Counted from the stretch's first letter, positions 9,009 through 18,229 are shown. The stretch: DNA of 64,000 nt from a bacterium (GCA_021831595.1 JAKBMK010000025.1:63114-127113); one strand, 5' to 3'. The notes: generated by a model from the sequence alone, not told the origin. Numbers and translations: made by a program.

Positions 9009-9074
9009 TAAGCAGTAGGTAGTAAGGTTTAGGTCTTGCTACTTCCTACGTATTTCTTACACATAATTATAATT

Positions 9075-9980
9075 ATGGCAAATAGGCACCTTTCACGTTC
9101 AATTGTTCTTCAGACACTCTTTGAGTGGGATTTTGGAGTAGAAAAAGACACTAAGTCTGAAGACATGTTAGCTCGAAATATAGAAGAATTTGGACCAGGT
9201 CTTGATGACTCGCATTTTATGAGCGAGTTATTTTTAGGTGTTACAAAGAAGAAAGCGATTATCGATGAGATTATAGAGAAAGCTGCACCAGATTGGCCTA
9301 TCGATAAGATTTCTGCTATTGATAGAAATATTCTTCGTCTAGGATTGTACGAACTTCTTTTTGGAGATAGAGAGCAGGTGCCTCCTAAGGTTGCTATCAA
9401 TGAAGCTATAGAACTCGCCAAAAGTTTCGGCGGAGAGAATTCTAGCCGTTTTATAAACGGAGTACTCGGTGGTGTCTATAAAGAAATAGGTGAACCAGGC
9501 AAAGACGATGTAAGTTCTCATAAAAAGCATAAACATTTTGAAACAGATCCATCCAAGTTTCCAATAGAAAAGAAAGCCGGAGCCGTCGTATATGCAAAAC
9601 ATGACGGTGATATATATTTTGCTTTTGTTCATGATGTTTTTGGTTATTGGACCCTCTCAAAAGGTAGTATAGAAGATGGAGAAAATGAAGAGCAAGGCGC
9701 AGTACGTGAAATAAAAGAAGAAATGGGGGTTGATATAAAAATCAAAGAACTTCTTGGGCGTAGTGAATACATAGCAACGCACCCAGAGAATGGAAAGATC
9801 CGCAAGCAAGTAGTATTCTTCTTGGGAGAGACACAATATGGAGATTTGGTACTTGAAAAGGGTAGTGGTGGTCTTGATGACGCAAAGTGGTTTAAGATGG
9901 AAGAAGTTGCAGGACTCAAAATGTACGATAATATGGTGCCACTTCTCACAAAAGCTGTAGAAATTTTAACAAAAGAATAG
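9075..9980 (+). CDS. nusB: NusB (N-terminal) fused to a Nudix hydrolase domain (C-terminal)
   Basis: N-terminus: DRNILRLGLYELLF..VPPKVAINEAIELAKSFGGENSSRFINGVLGGV (NusB). C-terminus: GSIEDGENEEQGAVREIKEEMGVDI (perfect Gx5Ex7REUxEExGU). The ORF-track start 9036 is a TTG; ATG 9075 is preferred. Confidence 0.8.
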   Translation: MANRHLSRSIVLQTLFEWDFGVEKDTKSEDMLARNIEEFGPGLDDSHFMSELFLGVTKKKAIIDEIIEKAAPDWPIDKISAIDRNILRLGLYELLFGDREQVPPKVAINEAIELAKSFGGENSSRFINGVLGGVYKEIGEPGKDDVSSHKKHKHFETDPSKFPIEKKAGAVVYAKHDGDIYFAFVHDVFGYWTLSKGSIEDGENEEQGAVREIKEEMGVDIKIKELLGRSEYIATHPENGKIRKQVVFFLGETQYGDLVLEKGSGGLDDAKWFKMEEVAGLKMYDNMVPLLTKAVEILTKE

Positions 9981-10000
9981 TATAAGTTCTCACAAATTTT

Positions 10001-10696
10001 ATGATTGATTTTTCCTTATTTGAAAAAAAGACAAATATAGTTTTCAAAGATAAGAAGCTCTTAGAACAAGCTTTTATTCATCGTTCATATATAAATGAAA
10101 GTAGTGGCACCAAATTATCCCATAATGAGCGCTTAGAATTTTTGGGTGATGCAGTTTTAGAGCTCGTTGTTACGGATCATTTATATGGCAAATACCCTGA
10201 TCGTGACGAAGGTGAATTGACGGCCTATAGATCTGCTCTTGTGAACGCTGTGATTATCGGTGAAGTAGCTCTTGCTCTCGGAATGAATGATTATCTATTG
10301 TTATCGAAAGGTGAAGCAAAAGATATAGGCAAAGCTCGCAGCTATATATTGGCAAATACTTACGAAGCTTATGTAGGAGCAGTTTATTTAGACCAAGGAT
10401 ATAATGTTGCTCGTGATTTTATAGCAGAGTCTCTCTTTGGAAAGATAGATGGTATTGTAAAGCAAAAATTGTGGAGAGATGCAAAAAGTTTGGTTCAAGA
10501 AAAATCTCAAGAATATATAAATATTACACCCTCGTATAAGGTTATCAATGAAGCAGGTCCTGATCACGACAAGAATTTCACAGTTGGAATATTCTTTGGG
10601 GGAGACTTGATAGCAGAAGGTAAGGGTCACAGTAAGCAAGAAGCCGAACAATCTGCTGCGCGAAAAGCATTAGAAGTTAAAGAGTGGCTTGATTAA
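10001..10696 (+). CDS. rnc: ribonuclease III
   Basis: ERLEFLGDAVLELVVTDHLY RNase III signature plus C-terminal dsRBD. Confidence 0.9.
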   Translation: MIDFSLFEKKTNIVFKDKKLLEQAFIHRSYINESSGTKLSHNERLEFLGDAVLELVVTDHLYGKYPDRDEGELTAYRSALVNAVIIGEVALALGMNDYLLLSKGEAKDIGKARSYILANTYEAYVGAVYLDQGYNVARDFIAESLFGKIDGIVKQKLWRDAKSLVQEKSQEYINITPSYKVINEAGPDHDKNFTVGIFFGGDLIAEGKGHSKQEAEQSAARKALEVKEWLD

Positions 10697-12976
10697 ATGA
10701 CACTTAAATCTATAGAACTTATTGGTTTTAAATCATTTGGGAAGAAGAGCCCTCTAACTTTTTCAACACCTATAACTTGTATTGTGGGTCCAAACGGATC
10801 TGGAAAATCAAACATTGTAGAAGCTATTCGCTTCGTACTTGGAGAACAGTCTATGAAATCTCTTCGCGGAAAAGGTGGAGTGGATTTAATATTCAAAGGT
10901 TCAAAAAGTTTAGCGACTTCTAATAGAGCCGGAGTAATTATAACTTTTGATAATAGTAATAAAATATTTTCTTTTACCAATAGTGGTGTAGGAGTATCTC
11001 TCGACTATGATGAAGTTTCTATTGGACGTGAAGTATTTTCTGATGGGGCAAATCGTTATAGTATCAATGGGACAGAAGTTAGATTGAAGGATGTTATAGA
11101 TCTGCTTGCTTCGGTTAACATTGGTAGCTCGGGCCATCACATAATTTCCCAAGGGGAAGCTGATCGAGTTCTTAATGCTTCGAATAAAGACCGTCGAGGT
11201 ATGATTGAAGATGCTTTAGGACTTAAGATATATCAATACAGAATAAAAGAGTCTGAGAGAAAATTAGAGAAAACAATATTGAACATGAAAGAAGTTCAGG
11301 CTCTTCGTCGTGAAATAGCTCCACATCTATCATTCCTTAAGAAACAGGTTGAGAAGGTAGAGAAAGCTCGAGCAATGCGAGAGGACTTGAGAGATTTGTA
11401 CAAAACATATTTTAGTGGAGAGGCTACTTATATAGAGAAAGAGACTAGCCGCATTGGTGAATTAAGAGGGGAACTAGATAAAAAAGCTTTGTATTTGGAT
11501 GATAAGATAAAAGAATCAGAAAGTTTGAAAAATATAGATTATACAGAAAGTGAAAACGTAAAACAGATTAGAGAAAAAGAGAGTGAGATACATGAACTTC
11601 GTAGCAAGAAGGATAGCCTCGCTCGTTCCCTAGGACGTATCGAAGGTATAATCGAAGGGATTGAGAGGCAATATGCAAAAATTCCAGAAGTTAAAGAAAA
11701 AATAATAAAAGAATCAGAATGGAAGTCTCTTGTAGAAGACTTGGAATCTAAAATTAATGAAGCTATTAATTTTGAAGACTTACAAAGTGTCAAAAATATT
11801 TTGATAAACATCAAGGAAAAGCTTGGATCTTTTCTTCATAGCGGAACGGAGAGTGAATTTGAAAAGCCAAAGCTAGAAGATAATACAGAATATCTAGAGA
11901 TGGGAAAGGAAAAAGATAATATAATTTTAGAAATAAATAAAGTAAAATCTCAAGAAGAAGAGGTTCAAAATGCAATAAATATTTTGAAAGAAAAAGAAAA
12001 GGAAGGGGAATCATTATTGCGTGATAATGAACGTATGCACTATGAACTCTTGAGGGAGAGGAATGATGTCACTTCCTCTATACATACTCTTACTTTCCAA
12101 GAAGAAAAGTTAATGGCAATTAAGACAGCTTTTGAAATGGAACTTGCAGAAGGAGCAGTTCTAATAGGTAGAGATGTTGTAGCTTTTGCTCAAATTAGAG
12201 TAGAGGAAGAAGTTATCAGAAGTACCCAAGAAGAAATTCGTAGAAAAATTGAGCGCATAAAGATTAAATTAGAAGATGCCGGAGCATCAAATTCTTCTGA
12301 GATAATGAAAGAATATGATGACACAATGGAACGCGATGTTTTCCTTGGAAGAGAACTGGAAGATCTAAATAAGAGTATTGATTCACTTCGAATCCTTATA
12401 CAAGAGTTGAAAGAAACTTTAGATAAAGAATTTAAGAGTGGAGTTGAAAAAATAAACAAACAATTCCAGGAATTTTTTGCTTTGATGTTTGGTGGAGGTG
12501 GTGCTTTCCTTACTATTACTATGGAACACAAGAAGCCAAAAAAGAATGACGAGAAGGTAGGAGAAGAAGATATGGATGAAGAAGATGAGGAAGACGAAGA
12601 TAATAGCGAGCTTGGGTTTGAACGCGGAATTGAAATCAACGTCAATCTTCCTCAGAAGAAGGTGAAAGATTTGCATATGCTATCCGGAGGGGAGAGGTCA
12701 CTCACTTCTATTGCTCTTCTCTTTGCTGTCTCACAAGTAAATCCTCCTCCATTCCTAGTTCTCGATGAGACAGATGCCGCACTCGACGAAGCGAACTCTC
12801 GTAAATACGGTAATATGCTCGAGAATCTATCAAAATATTCACAACTTATCGTTGTCACGCACAATCGCGAGACAATGTCTCGAGCCCAAGTGCTTTATGG
12901 AGTCACAATGAGTGCCGAAGGGGCTTCTAAGCTTCTCTCCATACGTCTCGAAGACGCTACTTCTTACGCCAAATAA
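10697..12976 (+). CDS. smc: SMC-family ATPase (reduced, 759 aa; heads plus coiled coil, no recognisable hinge)
   Basis: N-terminal FKSF..GPNGSGKSNIVEAIRFVLG Walker A. C-terminal LSGGERSLTSIALLFA signature, LVLDETDAALD Walker B, FGGGGA motif. Sits immediately after rnc as in the rnc-smc operon. Confidence 0.7.
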   Translation: MTLKSIELIGFKSFGKKSPLTFSTPITCIVGPNGSGKSNIVEAIRFVLGEQSMKSLRGKGGVDLIFKGSKSLATSNRAGVIITFDNSNKIFSFTNSGVGVSLDYDEVSIGREVFSDGANRYSINGTEVRLKDVIDLLASVNIGSSGHHIISQGEADRVLNASNKDRRGMIEDALGLKIYQYRIKESERKLEKTILNMKEVQALRREIAPHLSFLKKQVEKVEKARAMREDLRDLYKTYFSGEATYIEKETSRIGELRGELDKKALYLDDKIKESESLKNIDYTESENVKQIREKESEIHELRSKKDSLARSLGRIEGIIEGIERQYAKIPEVKEKIIKESEWKSLVEDLESKINEAINFEDLQSVKNILINIKEKLGSFLHSGTESEFEKPKLEDNTEYLEMGKEKDNIILEINKVKSQEEEVQNAINILKEKEKEGESLLRDNERMHYELLRERNDVTSSIHTLTFQEEKLMAIKTAFEMELAEGAVLIGRDVVAFAQIRVEEEVIRSTQEEIRRKIERIKIKLEDAGASNSSEIMKEYDDTMERDVFLGRELEDLNKSIDSLRILIQELKETLDKEFKSGVEKINKQFQEFFALMFGGGGAFLTITMEHKKPKKNDEKVGEEDMDEEDEEDEDNSELGFERGIEINVNLPQKKVKDLHMLSGGERSLTSIALLFAVSQVNPPPFLVLDETDAALDEANSRKYGNMLENLSKYSQLIVVTHNRETMSRAQVLYGVTMSAEGASKLLSIRLEDATSYAK

Positions 12977-12978
12977 CC

Positions 12979-13001
12979 AGATAGGGGTTCAACCCCTATC
13001 T
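12979..13001 (+). terminator. palindromic hairpin AGATAGGGG-ttcaa-CCCCTATCT after smc (member of a 2-copy family, see 17358-17384)
   Basis: Read directly: 9-bp stem, 5-nt loop, followed by an A/T run. Confidence 0.5.
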
Positions 13002-13033
13002 AGAAAATTTTTATAATAGAAAGGTTATTTTTA

Positions 13034-13062
13034 TTGACTTTTATGTATTTTTATGATATAAT
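13034..13062 (+). promoter_or_regulatory. consensus sigma70 promoter TTGACT-17-TATAAT
   Basis: Exact hexamers with 17-nt spacer, ~55 nt upstream of the 13117 ORF. Confidence 0.55.
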
Positions 13063-13116
13063 ATGGCAAATTTAGATGCAAAATAAAAAAATTAAATCTA
13101 TAAAATAAATTTTAAA

Positions 13117-13590
13117 TTGGCAGTCATGAAAAAAATTATTTTGTTATTTGTTTTTATGGTTTTTTCTTTAACCTTCACTCGCGCACAACATGGTTATTAT
13201 AAATTTGACCAGAGAGCTACTTATGTCAGTGGCTTTGATGGCAAAAAACCACTGAAGAAGGATACAATGGTAGAAGTTACAGAAGTGTTCTCGAATGGTA
13301 TAAGAACTATTTCTGAACCATATCAGGCTTATAAAGGTGAGACTGAAAAAACTTTTTTGAAAAGAATTCATACAAAAGATTCTCTTGCTATAAGCAAAAA
13401 ACTTTCTGTTATGGATTCTCTTATAAAAGAAGTTTATGAGGAGGATCGCCTGGCTAAAAAAGTCAAAGAAAAAAAGGCCTTGGAGGGTACAGAAAATGTA
13501 TTGGTAGGTGCGGCTATAGTTTTCCTACTAATGTTCATTTTTGCATTAGCAGAAATTGTTCATCGTTTGATGAACCGTGGAAAGAAATAG
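13117..13590 (+). CDS. hypothetical secreted/membrane-anchored protein (N-terminal signal peptide, C-terminal TM helix)
   Basis: MKKIILLFVFMVFSLTFTRA signal-like N-terminus. C-terminal hydrophobic LVGAAIVFLLMFIFALAEIV then RLMNRGKK. Confidence 0.45.
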   Translation: MAVMKKIILLFVFMVFSLTFTRAQHGYYKFDQRATYVSGFDGKKPLKKDTMVEVTEVFSNGIRTISEPYQAYKGETEKTFLKRIHTKDSLAISKKLSVMDSLIKEVYEEDRLAKKVKEKKALEGTENVLVGAAIVFLLMFIFALAEIVHRLMNRGKK

Positions 13591-13623
13591 AAAAAGCCCG
13601 TGGAATAATCCGCGGGCCTCTTT

Positions 13624-14505
13624 TTATTCTGCTAAGAATTCAGTTATTGTTTGATTGTTTTTTAAAATTTGTTTTGCATTATCTATCCCTACATATCGAT
13701 AATGCCAAGGTTCATATATGTAGCCTGTGATATCTGTTTTATCTTTAGGATAACTCTCTATAAAACCATAATCACTAGCATGTTCCTCGAGCCATTTGGC
13801 TTCCTCTGTGTAGTTGAAAGCTCTGTCAGCACTTGAAAAGTTTATAGACTCGCCAGATAGATCAACCGCCGTACCGAGCTGGTGCTCTGAGTACCCAGGT
13901 TTTGCAATTGATAAATTTGCATCCGAATTTCCATTATCTGTTGCTGTTTGTAGAAGACCTGTCTGATAATCAAAGGTTCTAAAGGCAGAAGTAACTTTTA
14001 TTATATGCCCATCTATCTTTGCTTGCGAGAGCATTGCCTCGAGGTTTTCTAGTGTATCATGAGTAAGACAAATATTAGTTCGAGCACTATAAATATTTGG
14101 TATTTTTTCTAAGCCTTTTGGTATATATGTTGTGTCGGGCAAACTTATATTTTGACCCAAGTTAAAGAGCCACATATCATCATACTCTTTTTCTGAAGTA
14201 AGACAGGAAAATGGAATGACTTTTTTCTTTGGAGGATCTTCGTCTTTCTTTTCTGCTAAAGGAGTAATATCTTTTGTATTTTGGTCTTCTTGAATTATGT
14301 TTAAGTTCTGAGGATTTTGTTCTATGGGCCTGCTTGGCTCAAAACTTATTATTTTACCCTCTTCAGGATATACAACTTCCACCACAGAGGCTTTCCCCTG
14401 AGTTGAATTTAATTTTGAAAACTTTCTATCAAGAAGAGAACCACTGAACAACAAAGCAGTTGAAATTAAAATTACAGCAAATATGTAGAATTTTTTGGAA
14501 GGCAT
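13624..14505 (-). CDS. M15-family D-Ala-D-Ala carboxypeptidase (VanY-like), membrane-anchored
   Basis: SAFRTFDYQ...SEHQLGTAVDL...EPWHYRYVG matches the VanY/M15B zinc-peptidase signature. N-terminal TM. Confidence 0.7.
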   Translation of the reverse strand: MPSKKFYIFAVILISTALLFSGSLLDRKFSKLNSTQGKASVVEVVYPEEGKIISFEPSRPIEQNPQNLNIIQEDQNTKDITPLAEKKDEDPPKKKVIPFSCLTSEKEYDDMWLFNLGQNISLPDTTYIPKGLEKIPNIYSARTNICLTHDTLENLEAMLSQAKIDGHIIKVTSAFRTFDYQTGLLQTATDNGNSDANLSIAKPGYSEHQLGTAVDLSGESINFSSADRAFNYTEEAKWLEEHASDYGFIESYPKDKTDITGYIYEPWHYRYVGIDNAKQILKNNQTITEFLAE

Positions 14506-14506
14506 A

Positions 14507-15325
14507 TTATTCTATAATATCTTTTGGATCAATGAAGGTATAACCTTTTTCTTCTATAGCAGTTAGTAGTCCATCTAGATTAGCGACAGACCAAGGGTGT
14601 TCGTGTATGAGTAAGATAGATCCAGAATGTAGATTTAGAATTGCATTATTTATAAAAACGTCTTTTTCTATAGTAGATTTCTCCCAATCTTTAGCGGCAC
14701 CAGACCAATCCATAAAAATCATTCCATCTTCTTTGACTAGTTTTCTCACATAAGGATTACTTTCTCCATAAGGAGCTCGGAAAAATAATGGGGGAGTTTT
14801 TGTGAGATTTTTTATTAATTCTGTGTTTCTGTTTATTTCTTTTTCTATTGTAACTACATCCTTTTGTTTTTTAAGATCTATGTGACTCCAAGTATGGTTA
14901 CCAATCGCAAAACCTTCTTTGTATGTTTCTTCTATGACTCCTTTGTTGTGTTTTTCATTTATACCATTTATAAAAAATATCGCCTTGGCATTATGTTTGT
15001 TTAATATATCCAATATTTCTTTTGTTCTTTTGCTAGGACCATCATCGATGGTAAGTAATACAGCCTTTTGTTGATTCTTTGCGTCTATAGGAGTGACTAG
15101 GTCTCTATTTATAATTTTATATTTTGTAGAAATAGAACTATTGCTGTTTATAAAATTATCTTGTGGAGCCACTATTACACTGTCTTTTATGACAAATTCT
15201 TTATCTTCAACTATCAAAGGGACACCATTTAGTTTAGGTGCTTCTGTCTTCCTATAGAGAAAAACATAAGTGATTACTGTCATAATCAAGAATATTAATA
15301 TGGCCAACAGCTTTTTATTCTTCAT
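14507..15325 (-). CDS. polysaccharide deacetylase (NodB-homology, PgdA-like), membrane-anchored
   Basis: LTIDDGP, FFINGIN, GNHTWSH motifs. N-terminal TM. Confidence 0.85.
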   Translation of the reverse strand: MKNKKLLAILIFLIMTVITYVFLYRKTEAPKLNGVPLIVEDKEFVIKDSVIVAPQDNFINSNSSISTKYKIINRDLVTPIDAKNQQKAVLLTIDDGPSKRTKEILDILNKHNAKAIFFINGINEKHNKGVIEETYKEGFAIGNHTWSHIDLKKQKDVVTIEKEINRNTELIKNLTKTPPLFFRAPYGESNPYVRKLVKEDGMIFMDWSGAAKDWEKSTIEKDVFINNAILNLHSGSILLIHEHPWSVANLDGLLTAIEEKGYTFIDPKDIIE

Positions 15326-15334
15326 AAATAGAAT

Positions 15335-17347
15335 TTATATTATTTCGTAATCGATAGTTTTCTTGTTCATATCGGCTCCTTTTACTTTGAATTTCACCTT
15401 ATCTCCTAGGGTATACTTCTTGTGCGTCTTCTGGCCTTTTATACTCATAAATTTTTTATCAAATACATAATAATCATTTTTCATATCACGCATTCTGACC
15501 ATTCCTTCACATTTAGTTACTTTATCTTCTATATACAAACCCCATTCAGTAACTCCTGTAATTATACCCTCATAATTCTGGCCGACTCTTTTCGACATGT
15601 ATTCTACCTGTTTGTATTTGATTGAAGCTCTTTCTGCTTCGGCTGCTTCCTTTTCTTGGTTTGAAGCTTCTATACTCATATGTTCATATTCAAACCATTT
15701 TTCTTTAGGTATTGCTTTATCGGCAAGGAATTCTTTGAGGAGTCTATGAACTATAACATCAGGATATCTTCTGATTGGTGAAGTAAAATGTGTATAGAAT
15801 TTAAATCCAAGACCGTAATGGCCTATATTCTTTGTGGAGTAAATAGCCTTGGCCATTGTGCGAATTATTGCGGTATGGACTGTATCACGAAGGGGATTAT
15901 GCTCGAGCTTGCCGATAAGATCATTGATTTCCTCTGATGGTATGATACCGTCTTTAAGCTTCAAATGATATCCAAGTTTTTTTAAAAAGCTGGCTAAGTC
16001 ACTCATTTTATCTTTATTTGGAAGATCGTGAATTCTATACAAGAAGACTCCCTGGATTCCTTTCTTTTTACTGGACATGAATTCTGCGACGCGACGATTG
16101 GCAAGAAGCATGAATTCCTCTACAAGTTTATTCGTATCTCCACGAGTTTTAGTGTAAACAGAGACAGGGACACCCTTGTCATCTAATTTAAATTTTACTT
16201 CATCTTGTTCAAGGATTATAGCTCCTTCATCAAATCTTTTCTTCATTAACTTTTTGGCTATTAAATTCAAAGTATGAAGTTCTTGGTAGAAAGTGCCCTT
16301 TTTGTTATCTAAAATTTCTTGGGCATTTTCATAAGTAAATCTTTTGTTGGAGTTTATAACAGTTTCTCCGAACCACTCTTTGTGTATTTTGCCATCATGA
16401 TCAAGTTCAAATATGGCAGAAAAGGTAAGTCTATCAACTCCTTCATTTAGGCTACAAAGTCCATTGGAAAGTTCTTCTGGAAGCATTGGTATAGTACGGT
16501 CTACAAGGTAGACGGAAGTACCTCTACTTTGGGCTTCATCGTCGAGAGCTGTATGGAGTTTTACATAATGAGAGACATCTGCAATATGTACACCAATTTC
16601 AAAATGACCATTTGGAAGTTTTACAAACGATATAGCATCATCGAAGTCTTTTGCATCTATTGGGTCAATAGTGAAAGTTGTAACACTTCTCATATCTCGA
16701 CGGTTTTTCAAATCAGATTCTATAATTCCTATTTTTGCAATTTCTTTAGCTTCATTCTCTACGAGGGTAGGGAATAGAGCTGAGAATCCTTTTTCCAAAG
16801 CGATAGCTTCCATTTCAGCATTGTGTTCCATTGGTTGACCCAAAACTCTCTCTACTTTACCTATTGGTGCTTTCTTGGCATCTTTCCAGTCTGTGATAAC
16901 CACAAATATCTTTTGTCCGATTTTTGCTCCATTTAATTTATTCTCTGGTATCACGATATCGGCGTACATGCGGAGATCGCTAGGGATGAGGAAGTATGTA
17001 TCATTTTCTTTTTCTAAGATTCCGGCATATCCTTTTTTCGAACGGCGAAGAATTTCTACAACTTCACCAGTTTGTACTCCTCCTGATCTTTTAGGATGAA
17101 GAACAATCTTAACAGTGTCACCGTGGCAGGCAGTACGAAGGAAGCTATGGTCTATCTCTATTGGGTCATCTTGACCTTTGGTTCGGACACTACCAAAACC
17201 TTTATGAGATATGGTAATAATCCCTTCAATGAACCTATTTTGTTCTTTGCTCTTATGTTTTTGACCCCTATTATGAAAATGCCTTTTCTTACTATTCTGT
17301 TGGTATTTCTTCTTATTTTTCACAATGTCAGTATAGCACAAATACAT
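15335..17347 (-). CDS. rnr: ribonuclease R
   Basis: RNB domain (HIADVSHYV, ...DRTIPMLPE), cold-shock/OB N-terminal region, C-terminal S1 domain, basic N-terminus. Confidence 0.9.
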   Translation of the reverse strand: MYLCYTDIVKNKKKYQQNSKKRHFHNRGQKHKSKEQNRFIEGIITISHKGFGSVRTKGQDDPIEIDHSFLRTACHGDTVKIVLHPKRSGGVQTGEVVEILRRSKKGYAGILEKENDTYFLIPSDLRMYADIVIPENKLNGAKIGQKIFVVITDWKDAKKAPIGKVERVLGQPMEHNAEMEAIALEKGFSALFPTLVENEAKEIAKIGIIESDLKNRRDMRSVTTFTIDPIDAKDFDDAISFVKLPNGHFEIGVHIADVSHYVKLHTALDDEAQSRGTSVYLVDRTIPMLPEELSNGLCSLNEGVDRLTFSAIFELDHDGKIHKEWFGETVINSNKRFTYENAQEILDNKKGTFYQELHTLNLIAKKLMKKRFDEGAIILEQDEVKFKLDDKGVPVSVYTKTRGDTNKLVEEFMLLANRRVAEFMSSKKKGIQGVFLYRIHDLPNKDKMSDLASFLKKLGYHLKLKDGIIPSEEINDLIGKLEHNPLRDTVHTAIIRTMAKAIYSTKNIGHYGLGFKFYTHFTSPIRRYPDVIVHRLLKEFLADKAIPKEKWFEYEHMSIEASNQEKEAAEAERASIKYKQVEYMSKRVGQNYEGIITGVTEWGLYIEDKVTKCEGMVRMRDMKNDYYVFDKKFMSIKGQKTHKKYTLGDKVKFKVKGADMNKKTIDYEII

Positions 17348-17357
17348 AAATAGTCTT

Positions 17358-17384
17358 CTAGATAGAGGTTAAGCCTCTATCTAG
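17358..17384. repeat. palindromic hairpin CTAGATAGAGG-ttaag-CCTCTATCTAG in the rnr/rpsP divergent region; related to 12979-13001 with compensatory stem changes
   Basis: Direct reading. Differs from copy 1 by G->A and C->T changes that keep the stem paired. Confidence 0.5.
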
Positions 17385-17431
17385 TGATTCTATTGATTAA
17401 TAAACATATATATGTTAGTATGCTTTTACAT

Positions 17432-17737
17432 ATGTTAAAGATAAGATTACAAAGAATAGGGCGCAAGAATGATCCAGCTTTTCGCGTACTTTTGACAGAT
17501 TCTAAAAACTCTGCAAAAAGTGGAAAGTTCAAGGAAATTCTAGGCTCATATAATTTAAAGAAAGGAGAAGTTTTATTCAAAGCTGATCGCATTAAATACT
17601 GGATGAGTAATGGAGCACAAGCTTCAGATACAGTTCATAACTTTTTGGTTAGTCAGAAATTGATAGAAGGAAAGAAGAAGAATGTATTATCAAAGAAGTC
17701 TAAGACTGTAGCTCGTAAAGAACTTAAAAAAGCGTAA
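17432..17737 (+). CDS. rpsP: 30S ribosomal protein S16
   Basis: MLKIRLQRIGRKNDPAFRVLLTDSKNSAKSGKFKEILGSYN matches S16. Start placed at ATG 17432, inside ORF-track call 17384. Confidence 0.9.
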   Translation: MLKIRLQRIGRKNDPAFRVLLTDSKNSAKSGKFKEILGSYNLKKGEVLFKADRIKYWMSNGAQASDTVHNFLVSQKLIEGKKKNVLSKKSKTVARKELKKA

Positions 17738-17740
17738 ATA

Positions 17741-17775
17741 AAAATGCCCCGCAGGCTTCGCCTGCGGGGCATTTT
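17741..17775 (+). terminator. rho-independent terminator after rpsP
   Basis: aaaatgccccgcaggcttcgcctgcggggcatttt. Confidence 0.65.
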
Positions 17776-17869
17776 CCTTGTTGCACTTAAAAAGCAAAAT
17801 ATGATATATTATAAGGAATAGTGTAGTCGGTACACTAGAATATTAAGATTAATTACTAAATACTATTAT

Positions 17870-18229
17870 ATGGCAGACGACAAAGCATTTCTAGAATATA
17901 TTGTTAAGGCATTGGTTGATAATCCAAACGATGTGAAGATTGATAGAACTGTAGACGAAATGGGCGTTCTTATTACAATGACAGTAAACAGTGCAGATAT
18001 GGGTAAAATAATTGGCCGTCAAGGCAACACAGCTAAAGCTATCCGTACACTACTACGCGTTATTGGTATGAAGAATAATGCTCGCGTAAATCTAAAGATC
18101 AATGAACCAGAAGGTGGCAGAATTATGCCTGAACATACAGAAAGAGCAGAAGCTCCTGTTTCAACAATGTCAGCAAGTGAAGCATCAAAGTCAGTAGATG
18201 CAGCACTCGAGGACCTTAAAGGTATCTAA
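17870..18229 (+). CDS. khpA: KH-domain RNA-binding protein (KhpA/YlqC-like) with C-terminal extension
   Basis: IVKALVDNPNDVKI...MGKIIGRQGNTAKAIRTLL matches UPF0109/KhpA. Position between rpsP and trmD. Confidence 0.8.
   Translation: MADDKAFLEYIVKALVDNPNDVKIDRTVDEMGVLITMTVNSADMGKIIGRQGNTAKAIRTLLRVIGMKNNARVNLKINEPEGGRIMPEHTERAEAPVSTMSASEASKSVDAALEDLKGI

Noticed and set aside
12190-12676. Ser-rich 151-aa and 85-aa ORFs antisense to smc
   Set aside because: Low-complexity translation of the reverse strand of the GAA/GAT-rich acidic insert of smc. No start or promoter context.
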